A stretch of 64,000 nucleotides of DNA from Alphaproteobacteria bacterium. Lineage in GTDB: Bacteria; Pseudomonadota; Alphaproteobacteria; UBA828. Every line of letters starts with the position of its first letter. Positions within the stretch are counted from its first letter, which is position 1. Both the position numbers and the translations under genes were made by a program. The stretch is from positions 512,001 through 576,000 of the forward strand of contig CBDCQT010000012.1 in assembly GCA_965220745.1 (NCBI GenBank), read 5' to 3'. The notes under the pieces are model-generated. The model saw nothing but the letters and a program-made list of their open reading frames with translations. It made no database searches and had not been told where the DNA came from. Of this stretch, positions 11,729 through 21,763 are shown one piece after another.

Positions 11729-11876
11729 TGGAGCGTGTCCGTCTCTGACGGACACGCGACAGGCCGCGACCGCGGCCCGCCGCGTTAGCGGCGCCCTCGC
11801 GGAGGCGCCGGCCGCAGGCCGGCTGCCGTGAGCGATAAGAGGCTAGAACGCTCCGCGTAAAGCGGAAGCGTTCTAG
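11729..11876. repeat. Structured MITE-like intergenic repeat, family A copy 2
   Basis: Same hairpin series as 5278-5454. Confidence 0.7.
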
Positions 11877-12940
11877 CCTCTACTAGAAGCCTTCTCCCAG
11901 CCCAGCTCGGCCAACGCGCGTGCGCGGTCGCCGTATTCGTGCGCGTTGGGCGCACTCGCGTTGCCCTTGAGGCCGCGCGCGTAGACCCCCTGGCAGATCG
12001 CCGCCATGCGGAAGAAGGCAAAGGCCATGTAGAAGCGCCACTCGGCGATCGGCCCGCGGCCTGCGCGCTCGCAGTACGCGTCCCGGTAGGCCTCCTCCCC
12101 CGGCAGCCCCAGCGCCTCGAAGTCGGCGCCGCCGAGCCCCGGCAGCGCCGACGCGCCGCGGGGGATCGAGAAGGCGAGGCAGTTGTGGGCGAGGTCGCTC
12201 AGCGGGTGGCCCAAGGTGCTGAGCTCCCAGTCCAGCACCGCGGCGATGCGCGGCTCTTCCGGGTGCACGATCAGATTGCCGGGCCGGTAATCGCCGTGTA
12301 CGATGGTGGTCTCGTCGTCGTCCGGCAGGTGGTCGGGAAGCCAGGCGAGCAGGCGGTCCATTTCCGGGATCTCGTCGGTGCGCGAGGCCTCGTACTGGCC
12401 GGACCAGCGGCGGATCTGGCGCGCGATGTAGTTGCCCTCCTTGCCGAAGTCGGCGAGGCTCAGCCCCCGCCAATCCACGCCATGCAGACGGGCCAGCACG
12501 TTGGCCATCGAGTCGTAGAGCGCCCTGCGGCGGCCGGCTTCCTGGGCGGGCCAGGCCGGGTCCTGGTCCACCGAGCCCTCCACGTGGTCCATCACGTAGA
12601 AGGCCGTGCCGACGATCTCGGGATCCTCGCAGAGGTGGTGGACGCGCGGCACGGGCACGTCGGTCTCGGCCAGCGCCGCGAGGATGCGGTACTCGCGCTC
12701 CACCAGGTGGGCCGAGGGCAGCAGCGTGCCCGGCGGCTTCTTGCGCAGCACGAAGCGCCTTGAAGGCCCTTCGATCAGATAGGTGGGGTTCGACTGCCCC
12801 GCCGCGAATTGGCTGATGGCACGGATCGGCACCGCCTGCGGCACGTGCGCACCCAGATAGCGCTCGAGCGCCGCCCGGTCGATGCGGTGCGCCGCACGCA
12901 CGGGCGTCGTCGCCGTTCCTTGAGCCGATACCTGGGCCAT
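11873..12940 (-). CDS. Aminoglycoside-phosphotransferase-fold protein (ACAD10/11-like kinase)
   Basis: GQSNPTY, LRKKPPG, HGDYRPGN and DWELSTLGHP. Confidence 0.88.
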   Translation of the reverse strand: MAQVSAQGTATTPVRAAHRIDRAALERYLGAHVPQAVPIRAISQFAAGQSNPTYLIEGPSRRFVLRKKPPGTLLPSAHLVEREYRILAALAETDVPVPRVHHLCEDPEIVGTAFYVMDHVEGSVDQDPAWPAQEAGRRRALYDSMANVLARLHGVDWRGLSLADFGKEGNYIARQIRRWSGQYEASRTDEIPEMDRLLAWLPDHLPDDDETTIVHGDYRPGNLIVHPEEPRIAAVLDWELSTLGHPLSDLAHNCLAFSIPRGASALPGLGGADFEALGLPGEEAYRDAYCERAGRGPIAEWRFYMAFAFFRMAAICQGVYARGLKGNASAPNAHEYGDRARALAELGWEKASSRG

Positions 12941-13313
12941 CGCGCCGCTTGGCCCTTCCCGAGCCGTGTTTCCGACCCACCATTCTAGGGAGCGGCCCCG
13001 ACGGCTGCCACCCTCTCTATGTGTCTCTGCTCATCCGATGGACGGAGGCTGGTGAATGCACCAAGTCAGTTATTCAAATGATTTATTTCATAAGAAAATA
13101 TGTCAAAAAACTATTTTATATGATTAAATAATAAAATACGCATATCATCACGATCATGCGTTTGCACGCAGGCCCGCTCGTGCGGTGAGAGCGGCAGTGT
13201 GACGTCGGCCGTTATTGCAAACGCAAGTTGAGGCGCCGCACCAGGCATGAGGGGAGGTTCAACCGACTGAGGCCTGCAGGCGGGGCCTCGACAAAAGAAT
13301 CAGGGAGGCTCCA

Positions 13314-15452
13314 ATGACCGTATCCACCAAGAAATACCTTGCCGCGTTCGCAGCGACCGCAGTGCTCGCGCTGGGGCTATACGGTTGCGGCGGCGGTGGA
13401 GGAAGCGGTCCGACGACTGGGACCGAAACTATGATGCCGGACGACGGCGAGACGATGATGCCTGACGACGGCGAGATGATGATGCCGGACGACAGCGACG
13501 GCATGATGATGGGTCCCGGTGACCGCGATCCGATCGATCTTTCCCAATTTCTACTTCCTGCTACCGAGCAAGGCATCGCACCTGGAATGATTGCTGCAAT
13601 AATCGATGAAGAAGGCGTAAAGGCGATCGGAGCCGCCGGACTTCGCAGGCAAGGATCGCCCGAGATGATCACAGTTGATGACCTCGTTCATATTGGATCT
13701 GATACCAAGGCCATGACGTCGACAATGCTGGCGACGTTGGTGGAGGACGGAATCTTTAGTAGTGGTTGGGATACGACAATCGCGGATGTCTTTCCCGAGC
13801 TTATTGGCACGATCCATCAAGGCTACCACACTGTTACACTCTCTCAACTCGTAAGGATGCGCGGCGGCATTTCTCGTAATGCCGCAGATTGGTGGGCGCA
13901 TTCAAGCAATCCTGATATTGTGGGAATGCGCTACGAGTTACTCAAGGATAATTTAGCCATCCCGCCTGCTGGGGCCGTGGGAGACGACCTCTATTCGAAC
14001 CTTTCATATATGGTTGCGGGCGCAATGGCCGAGCGCCTTACGGGAAAAAGCTGGGAAACATTGATGCAGGAGCGTTTGTTCACACCCTTGGGCATTACCA
14101 ACGCCGGGTTTGGTCCTCCAGGTACGCCAGGTTCTGTCGATCAACCGTGGGGTCATGCGCCCCGTGGCCGGAGCGATTGGGCGCCCAACCAGTATGATAA
14201 CAATCCGGCTCTGGGGCCTGCCGGCACGGTCCATATTTCAATCGAGGACTGGGCTAAATTCATTTCGCTTTGGTTTACAAATAAGGAGCCCGCTATTCTT
14301 AGCCGAAGCATTTTGAATGAGCTCAGCACGCCGGAATCAGGGGAATATGCAGCAGGGTGGTATGTGGCCCAACGAAATTGGGCAGGCGGAACAGTGCTCA
14401 ATCATGATGGCTCCAACACCTATTGGTACGCGACACTATGGATTGCGCCACAGCGGAGCGTAGCATTCGTGGCGGTTGCCAACTCGTCCGACCTTATTGA
14501 AGACCGTGGGGTGTACTTGGCGCTCGATTCGATCATCTCCAGTCTTATTGTCGATGATTCGTTGTCGCGCGGTGCGGGTATCGGTGGAAGTGGACAAGAG
14601 GAGGCCTCACAGAGGCAATGGCTCTTGAACCCGACCAGCGTCCGCTCCGTGACCGGCGCCCAGGCGCCCGACTTTTCCAGCGAAGATGTCGGCACAAGTG
14701 TAAGCCAGCTGAGGGCAGCGGCAAATGCCCTGCTCGCGAGTGACCTTTTGATGTTTGCCGGTAATGGCGTTGCCGTTCGCGGCCAGACCACATGTCTCAA
14801 CGACGAATGTTCGTCGAATTTAGCGGAGACTGCGCTGACGCTCACAGTGTCCGGAGTCGAATTCGGCAATCAGTCTCTCGATTACCAGGCCGTTGCGAGC
14901 CATCGCGGCGCGTCCTTGGCCGAAGGTCGGGGCGAAACGTCGATCGCTGGCACGTCGATAGACTACAATGCATATGGTGGCTGGCTGCAACACAGCTTCT
15001 TCGTAATCGAGGCTGGCAAAGTCGCCGAAGGTCTCCTCGAAGGCACGCCCATCATCTACAGCTATTCGGTTGGCGACGCACCAGACACAAATCCGGCAGC
15101 GGTAGACGGAAGCGGCAGGTGGAGGGGCGTCATGGTCGGTGCTGACGTCGGCCAGACCGCAACACGTGGCAACCTGATCCAGGGCAATGCGGAGATCACG
15201 ATTGCGGACTTCGCTGATCCGCAGGTTGACGTCGCGTTCACTCAAATCTTTGATTTGGAAACCGAAATCCAGCGCAGCGATATGAATTGGGTCGGCATCC
15301 AAGTAACGGCAGGCGGATTCGCCTCCGGCACTGACGGTAACTCGATCGAGGGTCGGTTCTACAGCCCGAACCACCAGGAGGTCGGGGGAATTTTCGAGCG
15401 AGATCAAGTTCTCGGAGCCTTCGGCGGCGCGCGCTCTTCGAGCGACCAGTGA
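13314..15452 (+). CDS. Lipoprotein: beta-lactamase-family serine hydrolase fused to a TbpB-like C-terminal beta-barrel
   Basis: Lipobox LYGC plus Gly linker; SxxK (SDTK), YSN and HDG; C-terminal IEGRFYSPNHQEVGGIF...GAFGG; GGAGG SD; visibly lower GC than flanks. Confidence 0.8.
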   Translation: MTVSTKKYLAAFAATAVLALGLYGCGGGGGSGPTTGTETMMPDDGETMMPDDGEMMMPDDSDGMMMGPGDRDPIDLSQFLLPATEQGIAPGMIAAIIDEEGVKAIGAAGLRRQGSPEMITVDDLVHIGSDTKAMTSTMLATLVEDGIFSSGWDTTIADVFPELIGTIHQGYHTVTLSQLVRMRGGISRNAADWWAHSSNPDIVGMRYELLKDNLAIPPAGAVGDDLYSNLSYMVAGAMAERLTGKSWETLMQERLFTPLGITNAGFGPPGTPGSVDQPWGHAPRGRSDWAPNQYDNNPALGPAGTVHISIEDWAKFISLWFTNKEPAILSRSILNELSTPESGEYAAGWYVAQRNWAGGTVLNHDGSNTYWYATLWIAPQRSVAFVAVANSSDLIEDRGVYLALDSIISSLIVDDSLSRGAGIGGSGQEEASQRQWLLNPTSVRSVTGAQAPDFSSEDVGTSVSQLRAAANALLASDLLMFAGNGVAVRGQTTCLNDECSSNLAETALTLTVSGVEFGNQSLDYQAVASHRGASLAEGRGETSIAGTSIDYNAYGGWLQHSFFVIEAGKVAEGLLEGTPIIYSYSVGDAPDTNPAAVDGSGRWRGVMVGADVGQTATRGNLIQGNAEITIADFADPQVDVAFTQIFDLETEIQRSDMNWVGIQVTAGGFASGTDGNSIEGRFYSPNHQEVGGIFERDQVLGAFGGARSSSDQ
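13425..13496 (+). repeat. In-frame 24-bp tandem repeat x3 (E-T/M-MMPDD-G/S)
   Basis: gaaactatgatgccggacgacggc / gagacgatgatgcctgacgacggc / gagatgatgatgccggacgacagc. Confidence 0.9.
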
Positions 15453-15791
15453 GTGTGTTTTGCTCTGACCCGCGCCCGTTGAAGTAGTCCGGAGCTGGTG
15501 TCTCTATTCTCTAGCTTTGATGGTTCGTCTTCGACGCAAGGCGCTATCGGGAGTTCGCAGCCTGAACCACCTGGCGGAGGCGAGGATGTCGGCGGCCGAC
15601 TTGGACCAACGAAACGGTCGCGAATAACAGTGCCCAGACTGTCTAGAGGGGAAAGGCGGCCGTTTGGCCGCCTTTCTCTTGGCCGGCGTCGATCCTCCAG
15701 AGGCGACACGGCGTTCTGATCGACGACGACGGCCAGAGTCGACTCACGCTCGCGGCCCCCGCTATCATCGCTGCCAGCCGGGGAGGGGTGT

Positions 15792-17663
15792 ATGGAGGCA
15801 GTGGTCGATCGCGGCGGGGCGGAAGGCGCAGCCAGCGCGGCCGCCGGGGCCAACGACGCGGGCGGGGCCGATCCCTTCGGCTTCGAGCTCTTCCGCAACG
15901 CCATCTTCGCCATCGCGGACGAGATGGCGCTCACCGTCTGCCGCACCACCTATTCCGGCGTGCTGCGCGACAACATGGATTTCTCCACCGCGCTTACCGA
16001 CGGCGACGGCCGCCTGATCGCGCAGGGGCTCACCCTGCCTGGCCACCTCGGCTCGGTGCCTACCGCCATCCAATCGGTGCTGCGCCACTATGGCGACGAC
16101 ATGCACCCCGGCGACATCTTCGTGATGAACGACCCGTTCGACGGCGGCATGCACCTGCCCGACATCTTCATCTTCAAGCCGATCTTCGACGGGGACGAGC
16201 GCCTCGCCTTCGCCGCCACGGTCTGCCACCACGCCGATGTCGGCGGCCGGGTCGCGGGCTCCAATGCTTCCGATTCCACCGAGATCTACGCGGAAGGCGT
16301 GCGCATCCCACCGCTCCGCCTCTACGACGCGGGCAAGCGCAACGAGACCCTCTTCGCAATCCTCGAGAAGAACGTGCGCCTGCCGGTCAAGCTCTTCGGC
16401 GACCTGCGCGCCCAGCTTGCCGCCTGCCACATCGCGGAGCGCCAGTTCCTCGACCTGGTGCGCCAGCACGGCGCCGAGGCCACGCGCTTCTACCTGCGCG
16501 AGATCATCGACTACGCCGAGCGGCTGACGCGCGCGGCGCTGCGCGAGCTGCCCGACGGCGAGGCGAGCTTCGAGGACTGGATCGACGACGACGGCATCGA
16601 TCGCGGCAAGCCGATCAGGCTGTTCGTGACCTTCCGCAAGGAGGGTGACAGCCTCCACGCCGACTGGGCCGGCTCCTCGCCGCAGGTCAAGGGCGCGATC
16701 AACGGCACGCTGTCGTGGACCAAGGCTGCGACCTACACGGCGGTCCGCTCGGTCCTGCCGCCAGGCATCCCGGACAACGAGGGCGTCTTTCGCGCCATCA
16801 CCGTCACCGCCCCGCCCGGCACCATTACCAACGCAGTGCTGCCGGCGGCCTGCGCGGCGCGCGGGCTCACCGGCTTCCGCATGGTGGACTGCGCCTTCGG
16901 CGCGCTCGCCATGCTGCTGCCGGACAAGGTTTTTGCGGCCTCTGACGGCGGCAACACGGGCATCACCATCGGCGGCTACGACGCCGAGCGTAAGCCCTTC
17001 ATCTACGTCGATTTCACCTGCGGCACCTGGGGCGCCAGGCCCTGGGCCGACGGCCTCGAAGGCAACTCCAACATCCTCGCCAACATGGCGTCGCAGTCGG
17101 TGGAGGTGATCGAGACCGAACAGCCGCTGCAGATCCTCTCCTACGAGTTCGTGCCCGACCGCGCCGGCGCCGGCCGCTACCGGGGCGGCACGCCCTACCG
17201 CCGCGACTATCGCTTCCTGGAGGCCGAGGGCCTGCTCCAGGTGCGGGCGGACCGGCACACCTTCAGGCCCTACGGGCTCTATGGCGGGAGCCCCGGCCAA
17301 CCCTCGCGCAACGTGCTGAACCCGGGGCCGGACGAGCAGCCGCTGCCGAGCAAGCTCACCGAGACCATCCAGCGGGGCGATGTCTTCCGCCACGAGCTCG
17401 CGGGCGCGGGCGGCTGGGGCGACCCGCTGGAGCGCGACCCGCACGCCGTGCTGCGCGACCTCCGCAACGAGCTGATCGGCGATGCCACCGCGCGCAACGA
17501 CTATGGCGTGATCGTCGACCGGGCCGCGTGGCAGGTCGATCACGCCGCGACCGAGGCGCGCCGGGCGGAGCTGCGCGCCAAGCGGGCGTGGACCGAACCA
17601 CCCGCCGTCTCGCGCGGCGAGATGCCCGAGACGGGGAGCGGCGCGCCCGAGAACGGGGCGTGA
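15792..17663 (+). CDS. Hydantoinase B / oxoprolinase family protein
   Basis: MDFSTAL, NDPFDGGMHLPD, HHADVGG and GAGGWGDPLER. Confidence 0.92.
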   Translation: MEAVVDRGGAEGAASAAAGANDAGGADPFGFELFRNAIFAIADEMALTVCRTTYSGVLRDNMDFSTALTDGDGRLIAQGLTLPGHLGSVPTAIQSVLRHYGDDMHPGDIFVMNDPFDGGMHLPDIFIFKPIFDGDERLAFAATVCHHADVGGRVAGSNASDSTEIYAEGVRIPPLRLYDAGKRNETLFAILEKNVRLPVKLFGDLRAQLAACHIAERQFLDLVRQHGAEATRFYLREIIDYAERLTRAALRELPDGEASFEDWIDDDGIDRGKPIRLFVTFRKEGDSLHADWAGSSPQVKGAINGTLSWTKAATYTAVRSVLPPGIPDNEGVFRAITVTAPPGTITNAVLPAACAARGLTGFRMVDCAFGALAMLLPDKVFAASDGGNTGITIGGYDAERKPFIYVDFTCGTWGARPWADGLEGNSNILANMASQSVEVIETEQPLQILSYEFVPDRAGAGRYRGGTPYRRDYRFLEAEGLLQVRADRHTFRPYGLYGGSPGQPSRNVLNPGPDEQPLPSKLTETIQRGDVFRHELAGAGGWGDPLERDPHAVLRDLRNELIGDATARNDYGVIVDRAAWQVDHAATEARRAELRAKRAWTEPPAVSRGEMPETGSGAPENGA

Positions 17664-19744
17664 GCGGCTGGCGCATCGGAGTCGATATCGGCGGCACCTT
17701 CACCGATATCGTTCTCCTCGGCGCGGACGGCACCGTCGCCACCCGCAAGATCTCCTCAAGCGTCGACGACTATGCCCGCGCCATCATGGAGGGGATCGCT
17801 TCCCTCGTCGCCGAGCACGCCATCGATGGCGCGGACATCGCCGAGATCACGCACGGCACCACCGTCGCCAGCAACGCGCTGCTGGAGCGCAAGGGCGCGC
17901 GCACCGGCCTGATCGGCACGAAGGGTTTTCGGGACATCCTGGAGATCCGCAACCTGCGGATGCCCCGGCTCTACGACCTCGCGTGGGAGAAGCCGCCGCC
18001 CCTGGTCGAGCGCTACCTGCGCCAGGTGGTGGACGAGCGCATCGACGCCCGCGGCAACGTGCAGACCGCGCTCGATGCCGACGAGGCGCGCACCGTGGTC
18101 GACCGGCTGCTGGCGGAAGGGGTGGAGGCGATCGCCGTCTGCCTCATCAACGCCTTCAACAATCCGGTTCACGAGCGGGCGCTGGAAGCCATCGTGCGCG
18201 AAAAGGCGCCGGGCTGCACCGTCTGCATCAGCTACGACGTCCTGCCCGAGATCAAGGAGTACGAGCGCACCTCCACCACGGTGATCAACACCTATATCAG
18301 CCCCATCGTGCACACCTACCTGGAGCGGCTGCGGCAGGCGATCCTGGAGCGCTGCCCCAAGGCCCACCTGCTCATCATGCAGTCCAACGGCGGGCTCACC
18401 TCGGCGGACGAGGCGGCGCGACGCCCGGTCAACATCGTGGAATCCGGGCCGGCCGGCGGCGTGGTCGGCGCGCTCGCCATGGCCGGCGACATCGGCCAGG
18501 ACGATCTCGTCACCTTCGACATGGGCGGCACCACGGCCAAGGCGGCGCTGATCGAGGGCGGCGTCATCAGCCGCTCCGCCGAGTTCCAGGTGGGGGGCGG
18601 CATCCTCACCGGCTCCCGGCTCTTGACCGGCGCCGGCTACCTGGTGCGGATGCCCGCCATCGACCTCGCCGAGGTCGGCGCAGGCGGCGGCTCTCTCATC
18701 GCCATCGACGCCGGCGGCTCCATGCAGGTGGGGCCCGAGAGCGCGGGCGCCGAGCCCGGCCCCGTCTGCTACGACCAGGGCGGAACCGCGCCCACCATCA
18801 CCGACGCCAACGTCGCGCTCGGCTACCTCAATCCGGACTACCTCGTGGGCGGTGCGCTGCCCATCGACGCCGCCAAGGCGATCGCTGCCCTGCGCACGCA
18901 GATCGCGGAGCCGCTCGGCGTCTCGGTGGAGGAGGCGGCCTACGGCGCGCACCGGATCGTGGCCTCCAACATGATCCGCGCGATCCGGGCGGTCTCGACC
19001 GAGCGCGGGCGCGATCCGCGCGGCTACACGCTGGTCGCCTTCGGCGGCAACGGGCCGGTGTTCGGCGCGGCGATGGCGCAAGCCCTCGATATCCGGCGGG
19101 TGGTGGTGCCCCAGGCACCGGGTCTCTTCTCCTCCTTCGGGCTGCTCACGGCGGATGTGGAGCACCATCTCTCGCGCACCTTCCGGGAGCTTCTGCGGAG
19201 CATCGACAAGGCGGCGCTCAACGAGCGCTGGAACGCGCTCGCTGAGGACGCGCGGCAGAGGCTCGCCGCCGACGGCTACGGCGGAGAGGCCGGCCAGATC
19301 GAGCGCCACGCGAGCTTGCACTACCAGGGCCAGACCTACGAGCTCACCGTGCCGGTGCCCGACGGCCCGCTCGACGATGCCACGCTGGCTGCGCTGGAAG
19401 AGGCCTTCCACGCGGAGCACGAGCTCACCTACGGTCATCGCGCGGGGTCGGAGGAGCCGGTCGAGCTGGTGACGCTACGCGTGCTGGGCCGGGGCCGCAG
19501 GCCCACGGCGCCGCCGCCCAAGATCGGCCATGGGGCGGGAGCGGGGCAGGCGCCGGCCACGCGTCGCGCCTATTTCGGGCCTGAGCACGGCTGGTGCGAG
19601 GCCGCCGTGATCGGCCGCGCCGACCTCGCCGAGCGCCGCGAGGGGCCGCTGATCGTCGAGGAGTACGACGCCACCTGCGTCGTGCCGCCCGACGTCTCCG
19701 CCGCCCTCAACGACGCCGGCTGCATCGTTCTAGAGGTGGGGTAG
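17660..19744 (+). CDS. Hydantoinase A / oxoprolinase family protein
   Basis: GVDIGGTFTD, HGTTVASN, ESGPAGG, DMGGTT and PESAGAEPGP; GTG start overlaps the upstream TGA. Confidence 0.92.
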   Translation: MSGWRIGVDIGGTFTDIVLLGADGTVATRKISSSVDDYARAIMEGIASLVAEHAIDGADIAEITHGTTVASNALLERKGARTGLIGTKGFRDILEIRNLRMPRLYDLAWEKPPPLVERYLRQVVDERIDARGNVQTALDADEARTVVDRLLAEGVEAIAVCLINAFNNPVHERALEAIVREKAPGCTVCISYDVLPEIKEYERTSTTVINTYISPIVHTYLERLRQAILERCPKAHLLIMQSNGGLTSADEAARRPVNIVESGPAGGVVGALAMAGDIGQDDLVTFDMGGTTAKAALIEGGVISRSAEFQVGGGILTGSRLLTGAGYLVRMPAIDLAEVGAGGGSLIAIDAGGSMQVGPESAGAEPGPVCYDQGGTAPTITDANVALGYLNPDYLVGGALPIDAAKAIAALRTQIAEPLGVSVEEAAYGAHRIVASNMIRAIRAVSTERGRDPRGYTLVAFGGNGPVFGAAMAQALDIRRVVVPQAPGLFSSFGLLTADVEHHLSRTFRELLRSIDKAALNERWNALAEDARQRLAADGYGGEAGQIERHASLHYQGQTYELTVPVPDGPLDDATLAALEEAFHAEHELTYGHRAGSEEPVELVTLRVLGRGRRPTAPPPKIGHGAGAGQAPATRRAYFGPEHGWCEAAVIGRADLAERREGPLIVEEYDATCVVPPDVSAALNDAGCIVLEVG

Positions 19745-19755
19745 AGCGCGTCCGC

Positions 19756-20403
19756 TTAGAGCTTGGCGAGCGCGTCGGCGATGGGCGTCTCGCCGTCGAT
19801 CATCTCGAAGGTCTTCGCGATGGTGTTGTCGGCGGCGAGGCAATCCACCAGCACCCGCGCCACGTTCTCGCGGCTCACCGAATGGGTCTCCTTGGCGATG
19901 GGGCCGAGGTCGTCGCCGGTGGCGATGGCGCCGGTGCCGGTCTCGTTGGTGAGGAAGCCCGGCCGCACGATGGTGTAGTTCAGGCCGCTCGCCTGCAGGT
20001 GCTTGTCGGCGATCGCCTTGGCCCTGAAATAGTGATGCAGGCTCTCGGGCCCGCGCTCCGGCTCGTCGACGGCAATCGAGCTCAGCATGACGAAGCGGAG
20101 GGCGTTCATGCGCGCGCAGGTGTCGATGAAGGCCATCGCCCCGTTCTGATCCACGTCGATGGTCATCTCTGGCCCGGTCTTGGAGCCCGAGCCGGCGGCG
20201 AAGATGGCGCCGCGGCAGCCGCGAACGGCGTAACCCACCGGCTTTTCCAGATCGCCGATCCGGCACTCCGCGCCGAGCGGCTCCAGTTCCTCGCGCTGAG
20301 AAAAATCCCGGATCATGGCGACGGGCTCGTGCCCGGCCTCCGCCAGCATTCTCAGCACGATCCGCCCGGTGAGCCCGTTCGCGCCCGCAACCACCACCTT
20401 CAT
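19756..20403 (-). CDS. Atypical SDR / NAD(P)H-binding oxidoreductase
   Basis: AGANGLTG, FAAGSG, YFRAK and IVRPGFL. Confidence 0.85.
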   Translation of the reverse strand: MKVVVAGANGLTGRIVLRMLAEAGHEPVAMIRDFSQREELEPLGAECRIGDLEKPVGYAVRGCRGAIFAAGSGSKTGPEMTIDVDQNGAMAFIDTCARMNALRFVMLSSIAVDEPERGPESLHHYFRAKAIADKHLQASGLNYTIVRPGFLTNETGTGAIATGDDLGPIAKETHSVSRENVARVLVDCLAADNTIAKTFEMIDGETPIADALAKL

Positions 20404-20510
20404 CGCCGTCTCCGCGTCTTCGGGCAGCGCGGGCCTGGCGGACCCGCGCTGCTTCTCTCATCCCTCGCGTGCCGGCAGCCGCCTTCTCCAACGCCTGATC
20501 GTCGGCCGCT

Positions 20511-21707
20511 CTAGTTGGCGAGCAGCACCTCGACGGGGATCGGACCCGTGGTCCAGTAGCCCTCGATCTTGTGCTCGCCGTTGTGCCAGCCGATCATCAG
20601 GTAGCGCACCTTGTTCTGGATGTGCAGGTCCTTGCTGTAGCTGCGCGGGCCGGCGACGGTTTCGATGTCGCGCAGGTTCTCGAGCGCTTCGACGACAGGC
20701 TCGGTCTCCACCGTTCCCGCGTTCTCCACCGCCAGCGCCCACATCTCGATAAGGGCATAGCCCGGCAGAGCGTAACCGGTGGCGGGCCGCTCGCCGTAGT
20801 GCTCCTCGAAGCGATCCATGAAGGCCTCGACCTTGGGGTCCGGATCGTCGCCGTACACCGAGCCGATGGCCGTGACGTACACCTCGTCGATGTTGGGCAC
20901 GGCATCGATCCAGAAGTTACCGTCCATGGCCCCGTCGGTGAGGATCGGCGTGTCGATCCCGTTGTCGCGGATCTGCTTGATGACCGAAGCGCCGCCCGGC
21001 ACGAAGCTGCACAGCACGATCGCGTCGATGGGCTCGCTGGTGCTCCTCATCCTGTCGATTTGTGCCTGCACGCTGGGGTCGTTGTTCTGGAACGAGTCGA
21101 AGCCGACGATGTTCAGCCCGTCCAGGCTCTCCGCCGCCCAGCGGAAGCCGTTGCAGACCGACTTGTTGTACTGGGCGATATCGTCCAGGAGGAGGTAGAA
21201 GTTGCGGTAGCCCTTTTCGTGATAGCCCCACTGCGCGACGGTGGAGCCCTGCGCGTGCGCGGCATTGCCGGAGGTGAACGCGTAGGGTCCGATGCCGGCC
21301 GGCCCGGCCTTGGCATCCTCGGCACAGAGGAAGAAGGAGATCAGGCCGGCGTTCTGGGCCATCAGTGCGCCCGGCCCGCCCCAGTCGAAATCGCAGTCGA
21401 CGATCACCATGTCGGCGCCGGCATTGATGACGTCGAGCGCGGCCTTGGCGCTCTCTTCCTGGATCGACTTGGCGTCGGATTCGACGATGCTGATCCGCTG
21501 GCCCAACAGCCCGCCGCGCGCGTTGATGTCGTCGATGGCCATCTTGGCGCCGAGCGCCGAAGGGCCGCTGAAGGCCAGCATGAAACCGGACTGGGAAGCG
21601 GCGATGCCGACGACAATCTCGTCGTCGTCGGCGCTGGCCGGCCCGCACAGCGAGCCGATGGCGAGAAATGCCGCCGCTGCGACGGCAAGCACGGACTTGT
21701 GTGTCAT
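20511..21707 (-). CDS. ABC substrate-binding protein (LivJ/branched-chain amino acid-like)
   Basis: Signal peptide MTHKSVLAVAAAAFLA and INARGGLLG motif. Confidence 0.85.
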   Translation of the reverse strand: MTHKSVLAVAAAAFLAIGSLCGPASADDDEIVVGIAASQSGFMLAFSGPSALGAKMAIDDINARGGLLGQRISIVESDAKSIQEESAKAALDVINAGADMVIVDCDFDWGGPGALMAQNAGLISFFLCAEDAKAGPAGIGPYAFTSGNAAHAQGSTVAQWGYHEKGYRNFYLLLDDIAQYNKSVCNGFRWAAESLDGLNIVGFDSFQNNDPSVQAQIDRMRSTSEPIDAIVLCSFVPGGASVIKQIRDNGIDTPILTDGAMDGNFWIDAVPNIDEVYVTAIGSVYGDDPDPKVEAFMDRFEEHYGERPATGYALPGYALIEMWALAVENAGTVETEPVVEALENLRDIETVAGPRSYSKDLHIQNKVRYLMIGWHNGEHKIEGYWTTGPIPVEVLLAN

Positions 21708-21763
21708 CGGGTCTCTCCCTTTGGCGTCGTCATTGCGTTTCCGCTGCCCGAACCGCGGGCATG

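Noticed and set aside
13074-13095. Fur/Irr box in the AT-rich tract
   Set aside because: Only a loose AATGAT...TCAT resemblance, expected by chance in AT-rich DNA.
13425-13496. Possible CRISPR-like short repeats
   Set aside because: Contiguous in-frame coding repeats with no spacers; no CRISPR array or cas gene seen anywhere in the window.
15453-15790. Short ORFs after the lipoprotein gene
   Set aside because: No start signals or recognisable motifs; treated as non-coding.
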